The notes under the pieces are model-generated. The model was not told where the DNA came from, did no database searches, and saw only the letters and a list, made by a program, of their open reading frames with translations. A DNA stretch of 64,000 nucleotides from Eledone cirrhosa (taxonomy: Eukaryota), in contig OZ024740.1 of the NCBI GenBank assembly GCA_964016885.1, positions 372,372,001 to 372,436,000 of the forward strand, in the 5' to 3' direction. A program made the position numbers and the translations under genes. Position 1 is the stretch's first letter, and the number at the start of each line of letters is the position of its first letter. Positions 40,444-53,959 of the stretch are shown here, one piece after another.

Positions 40444-42170
40444 CACTGTGTAACATATTTTTTGTTCCCCGGTTCTAAGTGTCATTTCATGGTTTGTTAT
40501 ATCCCATTATTATAAAGAAACACTATTATTTAATCAGAAGTTTGGGTTTGTGGTCAGGAGTTTGATATTTCGAAATATCATATTTTTCAAGAAAAAACAC
40601 ATTTTAAAAAAATGTATCAGTTCATATAATTAAATCAACAGAGTATATATGTATTTTATTACACAAGCTTATCAAAAGCGAACAAGCAAAAACAAATAAA
40701 TCTTATAAAGCAAATTTTACACGTCAGAAATGACTGGATTTCCTGGATTCGCGGTTGTAGTCTAGGTCGCATTCCCGCACTAGCCTCCAGATATAGTCCC
40801 CCATCATTTTTTCATTGTAGTGGCCCTGGTACCCCCCTTTATCTATTTCACATCTTGGTGGAATCGTTTGCCTTGTGTTTCTGAGTAGGCGCCCATATTG
40901 TCCTTGAAATTTTCCAGGTGAGCGTCCAGCATATGAAGTTTAAGCGATATCGTGCATCCCATGGCGCCCAAAGCCTTTATCAGATCCTGCACCAGTTACT
41001 GGATGTATTCAGCTCTGTAGTTGCCCAGGAAGCCCTTAACAACTGCTTTGAAACAGTTCCATGCTGTTCTCTTAATTCTATTGAGCTTATTGGAGAACTC
41101 GGTAGACTCAAACACCTTCTTTATCTGAGGTCCAACAAAAATTCCACCTTTGATTTTGGCCTCAGATAACTAGGGGAAGAACTCAAGAAGGTCCTTAAAA
41201 GCGGCTGATTCTTGGTTCAGAGCCTTCACAAACTGCTTCATCAACCCCAACTTAATGTGCAGTGACAGCATGAGCTCAATCCTGGGATCAACCAGTGGCT
41301 CCCACATGACGTTCCGGGTCCCAACTATAAATTATGTTCGCTGCTCCCAGTTCTTTCTTTTGTAGTAGTCAGATGTGGCTCTGTTGTCCCAAAGGCAGAG
41401 GAAGCATTGGAATTTGATAAAGCCTCCTTGGCCACCATCTTGAAGTCTCCAATGATTTCCCAATTGTACTGGCTGTATTGCAGAGCTTCCAAGAGGACTT
41501 TCACACTGTAGTAATCTTCCTTCAGGCATGCTGAATGAGCTAGGGGCAGTGTCGGGAACTTGTTTCCATCGTGGAGGAGGACAGCCTTCAAACTTGTGTT
41601 GGAGCTGTCTATAAATAGCCGCCACTTGTTGGGAACAAACGGCACCCAATAACGTCAAACAGTCCAGGCACGTCATCGCAGAAGCAAAGGCCATCCCTAA
41701 GAGTGTAAAAGCCTGAGAAAGGTTCGTGACTACTTCTCTGACTTGTCACCTGCACTTCCTCCTTGACCATGTTCCACTGCTTCATCCTGGAGACAAATGC
41801 TTAAAATACAACGTACCCTTTATTCAGGGTGCGAAAATCCAGTATCAATAAACCTCTTTAATCCACTTTTTAACAATTTTATACTTTATTGCACTTTTAT
41901 CATTTTCTTTAGGTATTACTGTTTATTTTATAATTTTAATTTAACCTGAAACATATATAAAAAAATCATTTAACATAAGCAAATTAAACTTACATACAAG
42001 GTAAAATCCAGCATACGAATAATTCTAGTGAATAGCTTAGAATGTTTACAAACCCAAATTTTTAGCTGTTTCATAGCACTTTTGTTTTTATTTATTTGGG
42101 ACCTAAGCAACAATAAAAAAAATTGATTACAAGCCAGGATCAGAGAAAAACATTTTTTTTTTACACGGTG
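40444..42170 (-). mobile_element. Chapaev3-like DNA transposon copy 2, defective
   Basis: Termini CACTGTGTAACA / TTACACGGTG with TSD TTA (40441-43, 42171-73). Colinear with 19125-20864; WRLFIDSS and GDFKMV motifs. Confidence 0.85.
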
Positions 42171-42235
42171 TTATTCAACGAATTCAATTTTACAATAGAT
42201 TAGAAGCACTCGACAGTTTTTATCTGGAGTATCTA

Positions 42236-42612
42236 TAATATTATTCAAAATATTAATAAATGAGAAATATTATCATAACCAAAGTATATATTTTATTATA
42301 CATATTTCAAAGGTAGAATTGTGTTTCAGTACGTTTTCAACAAATAAAATATATAAGAGAGTGGTTATACGACATGCCCCTAATGTTTTGTATCTTCAAT
42401 TCCTGTGGGAATCTTCAATTCCTACAGGAATTAAAGATTCAAGATCTTAGGGGTATGTCGTATAACAAGATCTTAGGGGTATGTCGTATGTTATATATTT
42501 TATCTGATGAAAACGTACTGAAACACAATCCTACCTTTGAAATATGTATAATAAAATATATACTTTAGTTATGAAAATATTTCTCCTTTATTAATATTTT
42601 GAATAATATTAT
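42236..42612. mobile_element. fold-back unit related to family B pLTR, HHR on arms
   Basis: Inverted arms ~42236-42383 / 42473-42612; 23-bp duplication aagatcttaggggtatgtcgtat near the centre. Confidence 0.65.
42494..42560 (+). ncRNA. minimal hammerhead (decayed mirror ~42286-42353, minus)
   Basis: tatattttat CTGATGA aaacgta..taccttt GAAA tatgta TA ataaaatata; 10-bp stem I. Confidence 0.78.
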
Positions 42613-42613
42613 A

Positions 42614-42960
42614 TGGTGGATTGGCAGTATCGGTAGAGAGTTATACGCCATGCTTTGCAGTTATGGCTCTTGCCATTCTGAGTTCAAATCCCGCCGAGGT
42701 TAACTTTGCATTTCATCCTTACTGGGTCGATAAAATAAAGTACCAGTAATGCACTGGTTAATTGCTGGTCTTGTGCCAAATGTAGAAACAATTATATATA
42801 TATATATATATGACGCATAGAGTTACGGCCCTTGTCATTCTGAGTTCAAATCCCGCAGAGGCTAACTTTGCCTTTCATCCTTACGGGGTCGATAAAATAA
42901 AGTACCAGTAATGCACTGGGTTAATTACTGGCCTTGTGCCAAAAGTAGAAACAATTATAA
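42614..42960 (+). mobile_element. two tandem tRNA-type SINE copies
   Basis: A-box-like tggcagtatcgg, B-box gagttcaaatcc, central ctttgcctttcatccttacggggtcgataaaataaagtacc. Confidence 0.8.
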
Positions 42961-43014
42961 GTATATAATTATATATATAACTATATATATAACTATATAT
43001 ATATATATGTATAC

Positions 43015-43069
<55 letters not shown>

Positions 43070-43113
43070 TAATTATATATATATATATAAACTATATATA
43101 TATATATTAAATT

Positions 43114-43161
<48 letters not shown>

Positions 43162-43235
43162 CTATATATAACTATATATATATATATATATATATAAATA
43201 TATATAACTATATATATATATAACTATATATATAT

Positions 43236-43826
43236 ATTGTTATACTTTGGGAGGGTCATGTTGCCAATAAGAAACACACGCACCAGTGCTTTCACTTCAA
43301 TTTATTATATATTTATAAATTTATAAATTTATAAATTTACAAATATACAAACTTATAAATTTCTGGTTGGTTGGTTGGTTCCACAACCAGATAGTTGTTT
43401 ATATATAGTCATAGTCCTTTCGTCACACACTCTGTGACCTCTTCAGTGACTGGGGATTCCTTTCTTTGTTTCTGTGCCTTTCCTTTCTTCTGTCCTAGCC
43501 ATTTTCTTTCTGTGTGTGTGTTGTGTGCTCAGTTTGCGCATGCGCCACATCCGGGTGTCTGTGTGTGTTTGTGTTCATTTATCTATTTGTTTATTTATTT
43601 ACATGTTGTTGGTTGGTTGTTTGTTCTATGTGTGTGTGTGTTTTCATTTTGTCCTTAATTGTAAGTTGTGATGTTGCTGTTCCACTCATATTTTCTATTT
43701 AATTTTGGTTGTAATTCTTTTATGCTTACTGCCTCTGTAATTTGCCTAAACATTGCATCTTTTCTGTGTGTGGATTCTATTTTTATTTCTATGTTCTCTA
43801 ATTTACCCTTGTGTTCTATCTTACAA
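43236..43826 (-). mobile_element. PLE family A 5'-truncated copy (endonuclease end + 3' UTR)
   Basis: Reverse complement of ~662-1225; KIEHKGKLENIEIKIESTHRKDAMFRQITEA..LNRK.EW; ends in (TA)n. Confidence 0.9.
43407..43451 (-). ncRNA. family A minimal hammerhead, intact
   Basis: Reverse complement: agtca CTGAAGA g gtcaca gagtg tgtgac GAAA ggac TA tgact. Confidence 0.82.
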
Positions 43827-44003
43827 TTATCGTTTGTAGATAGACGGGAAAGCCTCAAAGAAACGTTTTTTACCAGGTTCTTGTTTATGTTAGCAGGATG
43901 GTTAGAATGTTTACTTATGTAATTAAGCGTATCATTCGGCTTTCCATACTGGTAGTGCAAGCCATTCGACAAATTGGGGGTAAACTCGAGGTAATCAACC
44001 TCA
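43827..44003 (-). mobile_element. RT thumb fragment of another PLE (family-B-like)
   Basis: NLSNG..Y.KPNDTLNYISKHSNHPANINKNLVKNVSLRLSRLS. Confidence 0.7.
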
Positions 44004-44220
44004 ACATGTATAGAGAGGATGAAGCCTTTAAAGAAGGATGTGAGTTCTTATAAAATAAAATAAAACAAGGACGAGTGCTTACTCCTTCATTACGTTTATT
44101 TTATGATACTACACTCTGTCTAGCTCCACACCTCTATACAGACGTGAAACTAAACATCGAAGGCTCAGCCGGGTGAACCTACTGTAACTCCTCGTTACAC
44201 TCCATGTATATATATATATA

Positions 44221-44343
44221 AAACGAAGCAGGTGTGGTAAGGAACCAGGTGGACCATACGAACCAGAGTACTCGCACCAGAGTCCAGAAATAGCCATCGA
44301 AACGGCTTGAACTCTGCCGTCGGGGTCTTGATCATTTTCCTAA
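44221..44343. mobile_element. family E fragment with internal inversion
   Basis: Tail on the minus strand (gtggtaaggaaccaggtggacc) joined to plus-strand tcgaaacggcttgaactc.gccgtcggggtc. Confidence 0.6.
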
Positions 44344-44377
<34 letters not shown>

Positions 44378-44414
44378 GTACATATATATGTACATATATA
44401 TGTATATATATATG

Positions 44415-44446
<32 letters not shown>

Positions 44447-44450
44447 TATG

Positions 44451-44710
<260 letters not shown>

Positions 44711-44711
44711 A

Positions 44712-44772
<61 letters not shown>

Positions 44773-44775
<3 letters not shown>

Positions 44776-45308
44776 AGTATATGTTGGTTTTATACCACAC
44801 CTCAGTATGCAGATTGGAGCACTCGACGAAGTGCGCAGGTTGGTTTGGTTACTCCGGAGTAATGTAAAATAAAATATATTAAATAAGTCAAATGTTTAAA
44901 ATTTAGCTTCGTTTATTAGTGCTATTTATATTTCGGTGACAGCCATCTTTGACTGTGACCTCTTCAGGCAGTCCGAATTAGTGTGGTATAGACAAGTACA
45001 TATGTTGTTGAGGTGTATAACTTTGTCAATACTCTGATATGCCCAGTTCCTGGTTGGGTTGTTATTTCACTGAGGAACTGGAATCATATGATATGATTCC
45101 AGTTCCTCAGTGAAATAACAACCCAACCAGGAACTGGGCATATCAGAGTATTGACAAAGTTATACACCTCAACAACATATGTACTTGTCTATACCACACT
45201 AATTCGGACTGCCTGAAGAGGTCACAGCCAAAGACGGCTGTCACCGAAATATATATAGCAGTAATAAACGAAGCTAAATTTTGAACATTTGACTTATTTA
45301 TTTTATTT

Positions 45309-45313
<5 letters not shown>
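44773..45313 (-). mobile_element. palindromic HHR element copy 2
   Basis: Same arms, same centre (ggaatcatat/atatgattcc) and same tail as 8478-9036; HHRs at 44920-44970 (-) and 45208-45262 (+). Confidence 0.8.
45208..45262 (+). ncRNA. minimal type-I hammerhead
   Basis: actgc CTGAAGA ggtcacagcc aaagac ggctgtcacc GAAA tatata TA gcagt. Confidence 0.82.
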
Positions 45314-45357
<44 letters not shown>

Positions 45358-45680
45358 TGTATATATATATGTATATCGTTGTTGACATGCTGGTGTACTT
45401 GTTTATGCTTTTAGGAGTCGGTGTGCATACATGTATCGGTCATAGTGATATTAGTGATATCAATGATATAATGCCTTCATTACCTTTAATGTAACAATTC
45501 TTACTTTTATAGAAAAGAAATCATTTCAAACGAAGATTTATTCTGTAAACCAGCAAGCATATTGACGTCATTTGCATGATTCTCTTGAGGCATCATAAAA
45601 CACTACCACAAACACACACACATATACACTACAAATACTCGTACAAAACCATACACAATCATAAAAAGCGCGTGAAAAAA

Positions 45681-45734
<54 letters not shown>

Positions 45735-45995
45735 ATACCCCCCCCCCCCCCCACACACACACATACACACACACACAGACTAACACGCACTTAGAACTGC
45801 TGAAATAAACATTCACCCTCCTTCCCGTTTACACAACTTCAAATATTCCTGGCTGATACAAAGTTAGTCTTACGAATTCTGCCAAATATCATTATAACGG
45901 AATGTTGCTTAAAAATGTACAAATTCGAAATTAATCAATACGCAACATACAAATAAACAAACACACAATTATTATACATATATATAAATTATGAC

Positions 45996-46074
<79 letters not shown>

Positions 46075-46433
46075 GTTTTCTAATGATTTTTATTCTTTTT
46101 TCAAATTTTTACTTTTTGATTTTGCCGAAGGGCGGATAAATAACTATGAGACAGAATTTCATTTTAGCAAATCAATATAGCTTGTTTATTTCATTAATAA
46201 TTAATTTTCTTTTGAAACCTAGAGATTATTTTAAGTAGCACATTTTATGAAAAACGATAAAAAATTATTCTGGAACATGGCACAGTATTTTCTCTAATTT
46301 CATGCTGATTATATCTAATTTTCCCCCATAAAAGAACAAAAAAAGAATTTTTTAAAAATCCCCAAAGTGAAAAACGACAGAGAAAGAAATGTTTGGGGAA
46401 AGGGTGAAATAGGAATATCCAGCAATGTAGTCA

Positions 46434-47249
46434 TCCATATATATATATATATATATATATAATGTGGCAGTTTCTTTTATCTCAAATCTTCCAGGCATGC
46501 ATAGAATTGCAGTTTAGCCTCTGTACTAATTATATTTCTACGTACGTTAGCAAATGTTGGGTGTTTAGCTATCGCATAAATAGATATTGGGTAGGCTAAT
46601 GTTCAATTGTAATGGAGTTGAAAAAGCTTCAGTCATGATTGCAGATTGCGGTTGACCAGTAACAGACCTCATTATCTTTTTAAAAATTCTTTTTAGAACT
46701 CTCATCGCCCATCGAATTCAGTGTTTATTTAAATTACATCATATATCGTCTATCCTGAGGTGCTTTAGTGTTAACAAAAAAACTTATTACAGCTCTACCT
46801 TGACTTCACCTTACTCATTACAAAACATACCAATGAATATGTCATGCAGGATATTTTGGATTATAAGTTCAAAATTTAACCATACACAGCAAAGAATAGA
46901 TTTTCTCTTATTCTACTCTCATTGTTTTTTTGTTTGTATACAACTGTGCTTTCATTACAACTTTTTGTATTTTAGCAAAACTGCCTGTCTTCTTACAGAT
47001 TTGCAACGTGTATTTGCAACGTGTATTGTCTTTAATCATTTGTATAACTACATCCTGTTCAGTGTTTTCCTTCATTATCAACATAGTTTTATGTGTACAA
47101 AGATTGCACTAAATATTTATTTGCATTAATTATTGAAGACTTCTGCTTATTTTGACAGGTTGGGGACAAATAATGTTCTTCTTTTACTTCCTAGCTGTAT
47201 ATTCTTAGCATAATTTCAAATCCCGAGCAACGCCGGGTAAATCTGCTAG
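46434..47249 (+). mobile_element. probable non-autonomous Helitron
   Basis: 3' hairpin cccgagcaacgccggg (47222-47237) followed by CTAG|T (47246-47250). The candidate 5' A|TC at 46433/46434 is less certain. Confidence 0.6.
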
Positions 47250-49026
47250 TAAGTAATATATTTCAGATGTTTATGTTTATTTATATAATGATAAACAATG
47301 GGTTATCTGTTAATTGATTAGTTATACTTGTCACCGAATATACGTCTTTATTAACTCGGGTAAACTTTGCTAATGTTTTCCCTTGCAGTCAATTCAATGG
47401 CTTTATGGTTAGCAGCAACTTAAAACCACATATTTTCCAGATGTTTCCTGTCATGCTATAACGTACAAAAATAAGTACTAAATGAACGACTTAAAAGTAC
47501 TGCGCCTGAGATTTTTAATAAAGGTCCTATATGTTTCACTCTACTGTTGAATCCTACTTGTTTAATACCAACTTCTGTCGATAATGTTGGTTTAAGCAAA
47601 GTGTTTCAAAAATGAGATTGCTAATGTATCTCTAGCTAAACTACTCCTCATGTCAGATATGAACTATTTGAGGGACACAAAATGTTAGCCTTGACTATTC
47701 TTAAGCGTTAACATAACAGGATTTAATTAACGTTATCTTGGCGTGATGATATGAACTGGGTGTAGCTCAGAAGGATATAGCTTGAAATACCTGCTTAATC
47801 TGAAATGTTCAGTTTAAATCTCTACATAAATTTTTATTTCGTTGATTAAATGTAAACTCATTTATTGATATATTTGATATACAAGAAATTTAATTAGTTG
47901 GAAGTTCATCCGGTGTTACAGGATATTCAGGACTTTTGCATTAGACTTGTTTACTTGTATGGTATTACACACGTTACGTATCAAATGTTATGAGACCATA
48001 TATATAGTTATTACTGTGCTCATAATACAACATTTGAATTATATCCTTTTAAATTGATCTTGACACGTAAAGGTCGTTAGTTTTACCTCACAATTTTCAA
48101 CAGAGAATGAGTTACTGGAAATGAACGAATATCTTATAACAAATTTAAAAGAAAGGTTTCCGGATGTTTAGCTTATGTGTGTGAATAATGACGGGACAGT
48201 TGTCATCCAGTCCAAGACAATTGAATTCAATTATATTCCACACATTCTTCTGACGTTAAATGATTTTCGTTCTAGATGTGATCTATTTGTGACTGTCGTT
48301 TTTTGTAAACATTATATATTAGTCTACTGAAATCATCAGACATCAATGGCATCACCTCTGTAGTATTGTAATACTAGATGAAAGAGCTGAAGGTGACAAA
48401 TTTGATTTCTTACTTCAGATACGAAAAGGAAAACACCAAAAACGATTAAGAGACAATGGAAATTATCATATTGATATCTTTTTACGTGAAAACACCTTTT
48501 GTCCCGAACTTCATATTATGTGAGACACCGCGTGATGACTAGTTATCTTCTTTTTTGGCAAACGAAATGCATTGATTAATAATCAGAATAATACTATAAG
48601 ATACTTAACAAATCGATAAACGAGAGTATTGTAATGAAGTCGTACATCAGCCAATCATATAATATCTATGTAGTTGTCCAACGTGGTAGGAATATCTGAT
48701 AAATCCCAATAAAATTCCACCACATAAATAAAGGCGGTACATATATATTATAATTCTACATAAAAATACGAAATGATAGTGGGTAGAATGCTTTCGGTGA
48801 GAGATCAGATTTTGCATGTGCCTGTAAAATAACAACATCAAAGACGATGATGACGTCAGCAACACCACAGGTATACGTAAATAAGACGAGACACTAATAT
48901 TATTACTACAGGCACAATACGTATTGTACAATTAATGACTGTTGTAATAGCTCGCAATCGAATTCTTAAAATTACGTAGGTTAAACAAATATGTTATGTT
49001 AAATATGTTATTATTAAGTCTATATA

Positions 49027-49440
49027 GGGCAGCGGATTGGCAGTATCGGGTGAGCGTCGGACAACATACTTCGCGGCATAGTTACGCACCTTTCCGTTCT
49101 GAGTTCAAATCCCGTCGAGCTTAACTTTGCCTTTCATCCGTACGGGGGCGATAAAATAAAGCACCATTAACGTACTGGGGTCGATTTAATCGACTTACCC
49201 CACTCCCCAAATTACTGGCCTTGTGCTTATATGAGAAATCATTATTTAAGGGGCGGTGGATTGGTAGTATCGGTAGAGGGTCGGGCCCATGCTTTGCAGC
49301 ATATAGTTACGGCCGTTTCCGATCTGAGTTCAAATTCCACCGAGGTTAACTTTGCCTTTCATCCTAACGGGGTCGATAAAATACAGACTTTCCTCTCCTC
49401 CAAATTTGCTGGCCTTGTGCCTATATTAGAAACCATAATT
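49027..49440 (+). mobile_element. two tandem tRNA-type SINE copies
   Basis: gggc..cggattggcagtatcgg head, gagttcaaat B box, shared central domain and tail. Confidence 0.82.
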
Positions 49441-51505
49441 AATGCTATATAGCTTCGTCAACACCCATGACAGGATCGAGCAGATACAGAGGTAGTCTGC
49501 GGCGAAATGAAGCATGGTCCCTTAATCTCCCTCTAGCTGAAGACCATAAGGAAAAGAGCCCCATATGCAGTGATGAATTGTTTGAAGTGCATTGTGAGAA
49601 TTTGGACAGGTTATAATTTTTCTACTGTCTTGTCTATTTCTGCATGTGTATAGATTCTGGCCTGACTGTAGATACAAGCAGGCAAGCTGAAATATGTCAG
49701 AATGAGAAAGCTGGTGTTCTACACATTAATTAAAATATGCATTCCACCAAATTGTTTGGCTCACTGGACCTATTGATGCTTTAGCTTACCTTTGCTTATT
49801 TGGGGAGAGTGGAAGAGATTATAGCTTAGGATTTTGGAGTAGTGCTCTGAGAGTATTGTGTATATTTTCATGCTTGTTTGTTGTGTAGAATGGAACTGCC
49901 GATTTGAGGCTGGGAGCAGCAACAACGTATATAGCTCTTAAATCCATTTTCATTTCTTTGTATTTGTGTTCTGTACATAAACTGTTAAGTTCCGTAGTTC
50001 ACTGTTTTATACTCTTTATTTTATTATAACAGAATGTAGAGTGTTTTCCGGCCAGTAAATTACTGGCATAATTCAACAGAGATATAATATATTGTTCACA
50101 CATTTTGTTTCAAATATAGCACCAGTTATTGCTTAAAATGTAATTTCATGTTATTTTACTTTCTGTACTACTCTTTGAGCATGCTGTGAACGCTGTAGAG
50201 GAGAGCTATTGGCATATTTGTCTTTTTATGTGTCTGTGTGTGGTATATCTTTTTATTATTTTGGGAGTGGTGTCAAAAGCGGAAAATGTGATCAAGAGCT
50301 ATTTTCATTCTGCTGATGATAGAAAGATTTGTACGTGTTATGTATTTTAATTAAACATAGTATATCTTCTGCTTTAGATTTGAGGAGTGTTGAGGTGGAA
50401 TGGAATTTACTGAATCCATATCTGGATTTAGAAAAGGAAAATATGGGTTAATAGTGTAAGGATTTACTCTATCTAGAGTAGTTCAGGGTATTCACAAAAG
50501 ATTGTATGTTATTACTTGTTTTATTTTTGGTTTTAAATTTGTCCATTCCAATATATTATGAATTTAACAGTGTCTGTACCTGTACTGTTAGACAACGGAG
50601 ACAACAGCGATTGTTTCAGACCCTAGATAGTTTAGATGTGTATTTTGGATTAATAGTGTCATTTTCATAGATTTATTATATGTCTTAATGATAATTGTTC
50701 GAGGAATGTTTGCCAAATTACTGTCCTAGAAAGATTTAGGAAATTGGAACTGATGTCAGTGTAAGAGTTGTTGCAGTTGCTTTGATGAGGTATGGCTGCG
50801 TGTTGATGTGAAATATCTAGAACCTAAAGGGAGTGTAATTGATAATATATAGCATCCCGTCTCATTATTTGTACTAGTTTAATATCAGAAGTTTTTATGT
50901 GCAATGAGGTCTCCTTACGATGGTATGTTTTCAGCACGTTAAATTACTGAAACTGGTTGTGTAACCAGGAGGGTCACAATCTGAAAATATCACCATTGAC
51001 AATTGGAAAATTACCCCATTCCTTTGGGTCACATAGCTTTGTCTTCTCTAGATCTATTTAATTGATTTGGTTTCTTATTTCCCTAGAGGACATTTAATTA
51101 ATCTGCATAGTATTTAAGACTTTATGAATTCAGTTAGTAATATCGCCCTCTTAACAGACAAAATATCTGTATATATATGATATTGTGTATGAATTATAAA
51201 TAACATGTGACGCGTCATAGCTCTTTACTGCTCTAGTATGATATAAACACCTTATATACGAATGTTACAAATAGATGTATAAGTTTCACTATAGGAAATT
51301 CACATCATCTAATATGTTAAATGTTTGGTAGTAAGATTTCATAAACCGCAGGTATATTTCACCTAGTATATAAGGTAGCTATATATGTTGAAATACATGG
51401 CGCTGCATTATATAGAGATTTTCAAATTGTACTTAATTATTGCTATTAACCTCTCGCCTTCCTCTCTCTCACCAACAAACATACGTAATTAACAACATAG
51501 TTATA

Positions 51506-51547
<42 letters not shown>

Positions 51548-52516
51548 ACATACACACACACACATATATATATATATATGTATAAATCTATGTATGTGTA
51601 TGTGTGTAAATATATTCATATGTATATACATACGTATATATTTACACACGTACATACAAACATATATATATATATATATATATATTTGCCACGTACAGCC
51701 AAACCAAACATCCCGCTATATCACATTCCAGTTTACAGTAAACACCCCACCACTATTTTTAATTGATATAGTTAACGAGACCAGTTGTTATATAATCGCA
51801 AGCAGGCATCCTTTATGTTATAAACACTCCATGTTAACAAGTGCCTACATATCGTAACAGCCATGTAGAGCAATACACTAACCTTCATTATTTTTTACAA
51901 CTAGGTACGATCCCTTTGGAAACCATAAATGAATTCTCAAATCATCTACAATTTATCCACACAACATTGTTGAAGATCAGTGAATAAAGCTAAGCACTGA
52001 AATTATATTAAAAAAACACAAAAAAATAATGATCCTTAGGGCCAAACCAAATTACAGACATAGCTAATACAACCAGAACCTGAAGGAATCACTCCCCTCA
52101 CATCTACTACTAATCGTATAATAAATATAGAGCGCTATTTAAGTCACGAGAGTGAGTTCAGAAAAATAATTACAAGCCAGCAAGTAGAAGCTGATTAGCT
52201 TAACAAGGGAACTTGAAAATAAAAGAAAAAATGTTTTCTGAATAAATAAGTAAACAAGTAAGTGCAAATTAGAATCCAATTATACTAACGAAAACGGTTT
52301 AGATAGGAAAGAACAAAAATTCAAAATGAAAAAACCTAAGCCAAATTGTATTCCAACATATACTAAATTACAAAATGATGAGAAACTCACGCCGGCCAAA
52401 ATTCTAGAAGATGTGATAGAGAAGACGAAAATAAGCAAGAAGCAAAACAATGGCTAAATGGCTGAAGGCTAAACGGAGAAAAGATGGTGTGATCGCATAA
52501 TAATGGTAATAATATA

Positions 52517-52731
52517 ATGTTTTCTGATTTAGGCACAAGACCAACTCATTCGGAGGAGGGGAAAGCCGATTAAATCGACCACTCTACATTACTGGTGCTC
52601 TATGTTATGGACCCTGTAATGATGAAGGACAAAGCTAAACAGGATTTGAACTCAGAATGTAAAGGGCCGTAATTGTCTGTGGCAAAGCAAGCTGTCCGAC
52701 GCTCTGCCAATACCGCCAATCCATTGCCCTT
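52517..52731 (-). mobile_element. tRNA-type SINE
   Basis: Reverse complement of the same family. Confidence 0.75.
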
Positions 52732-53339
52732 TACAATAACTATAATGATTTCTACTTCCGCGTCTACATCACACACAGGCTGACACATCGCATGTTTATC
52801 TCTCGGTAGAATATAGAAAGGTGGTTCAAGCGTTGCAGTTGAAAATAAGGACTTAAATGCTGATATTGCAGCTCAGGAACTCTGACAACCAATTAGATAT
52901 TATTGTAGGTATATTTCGAAATACAGTATCAAACGGATGTCTCATATGTGGACGATTTGATGGGAACAGCGACTATATAGTAAATTGATGACTCACATTG
53001 TCATTCTAAGAATATATCAGAAGAGATGTCGTGGTTAGTTCAATGGAAGAAATGTCAGATAATGATGACTCTCTGCTCGAGAAAAGTGATACAATTACAT
53101 GTCATCCGCTTATATGGAGATTGACATGAGTACTGAAAGATATCGAAAGACACACAAAGAAAATTGTCATTATATGCTCTGTAGAATAAAGTATGCTTTC
53201 TTAGAACAGACAAGATAATCAGAAAAAAGTACTTGACAACTGAATGGTATATGTACAGAATGGTACTGTATGCTGCAGGCAGCAAGTTAACTACTCAAAC
53301 TGAAATCAGGATTTCCATCTAAACCGGAGGTAAGTCAAA

Positions 53340-53890
53340 ATAATTGTTTCTACTTTTGGCACAAGGCCAGCAAATACCCAGTGCATTACTGGTACTTTAT
53401 TTTATCGATCCCGTAGGCATGAAAGGCAAAGTTAACCTCGGGGGGATTTGAACTCAGAATGGCAAGGGCCGTAATTCTATGCGTCAAAGCATGGCGTTCG
53501 ACCCTCTACCGATACTGCCAATCCAAATAATCAAAATGATTGTTTCTACTTTTGGCACAAGGCCAGCAATCACCCAGTGCATTACTGGTACTTTATTGTA
53601 TCGACTCGGTAATGATGAAAGGCAAAGTTAACCTCGTTGGGATTTGAACCTTAAAGGGCCGTAACTCTTAATCAAAATAATAATAACAACAATAATGGTT
53701 TCTGATTTAGGCACAATGCCAACAATTTTAGGGGAGGGGAAAGTTGATTAATTCGACGCCAGTGCATTACTAGTGCTTCATTTTATCAACCTCGTAAGGA
53801 CGAAAGGCAAAGCTAGCCTCGGCGGGATTTAAACTCAGAACTTAAAGGGCCGTAAATCCGACGCTCAACCGATACTGCCAATCTAGCAGC
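53340..53890 (-). mobile_element. three tandem tRNA-type SINE copies
   Basis: Units at ~53340-53525, 53538-53668 and 53693-53890. Confidence 0.8.
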
Positions 53891-53959
53891 ATTTTGTAAA
53901 TCTTGGGGTTTTTGTTATGCGTGTGTCTGTATGTATTTTTATTATTATTCCCAGAGCAC

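Noticed and set aside
48851-48858. TGACGTCA CRE-like site (another near 45563)
   Set aside because: An 8-mer expected by chance at this scale; no associated gene evidence
49532-49565. ctgaaga ccataagg aaaa hammerhead-like motif
   Set aside because: Stem II is too short and there is no stem I or III closure
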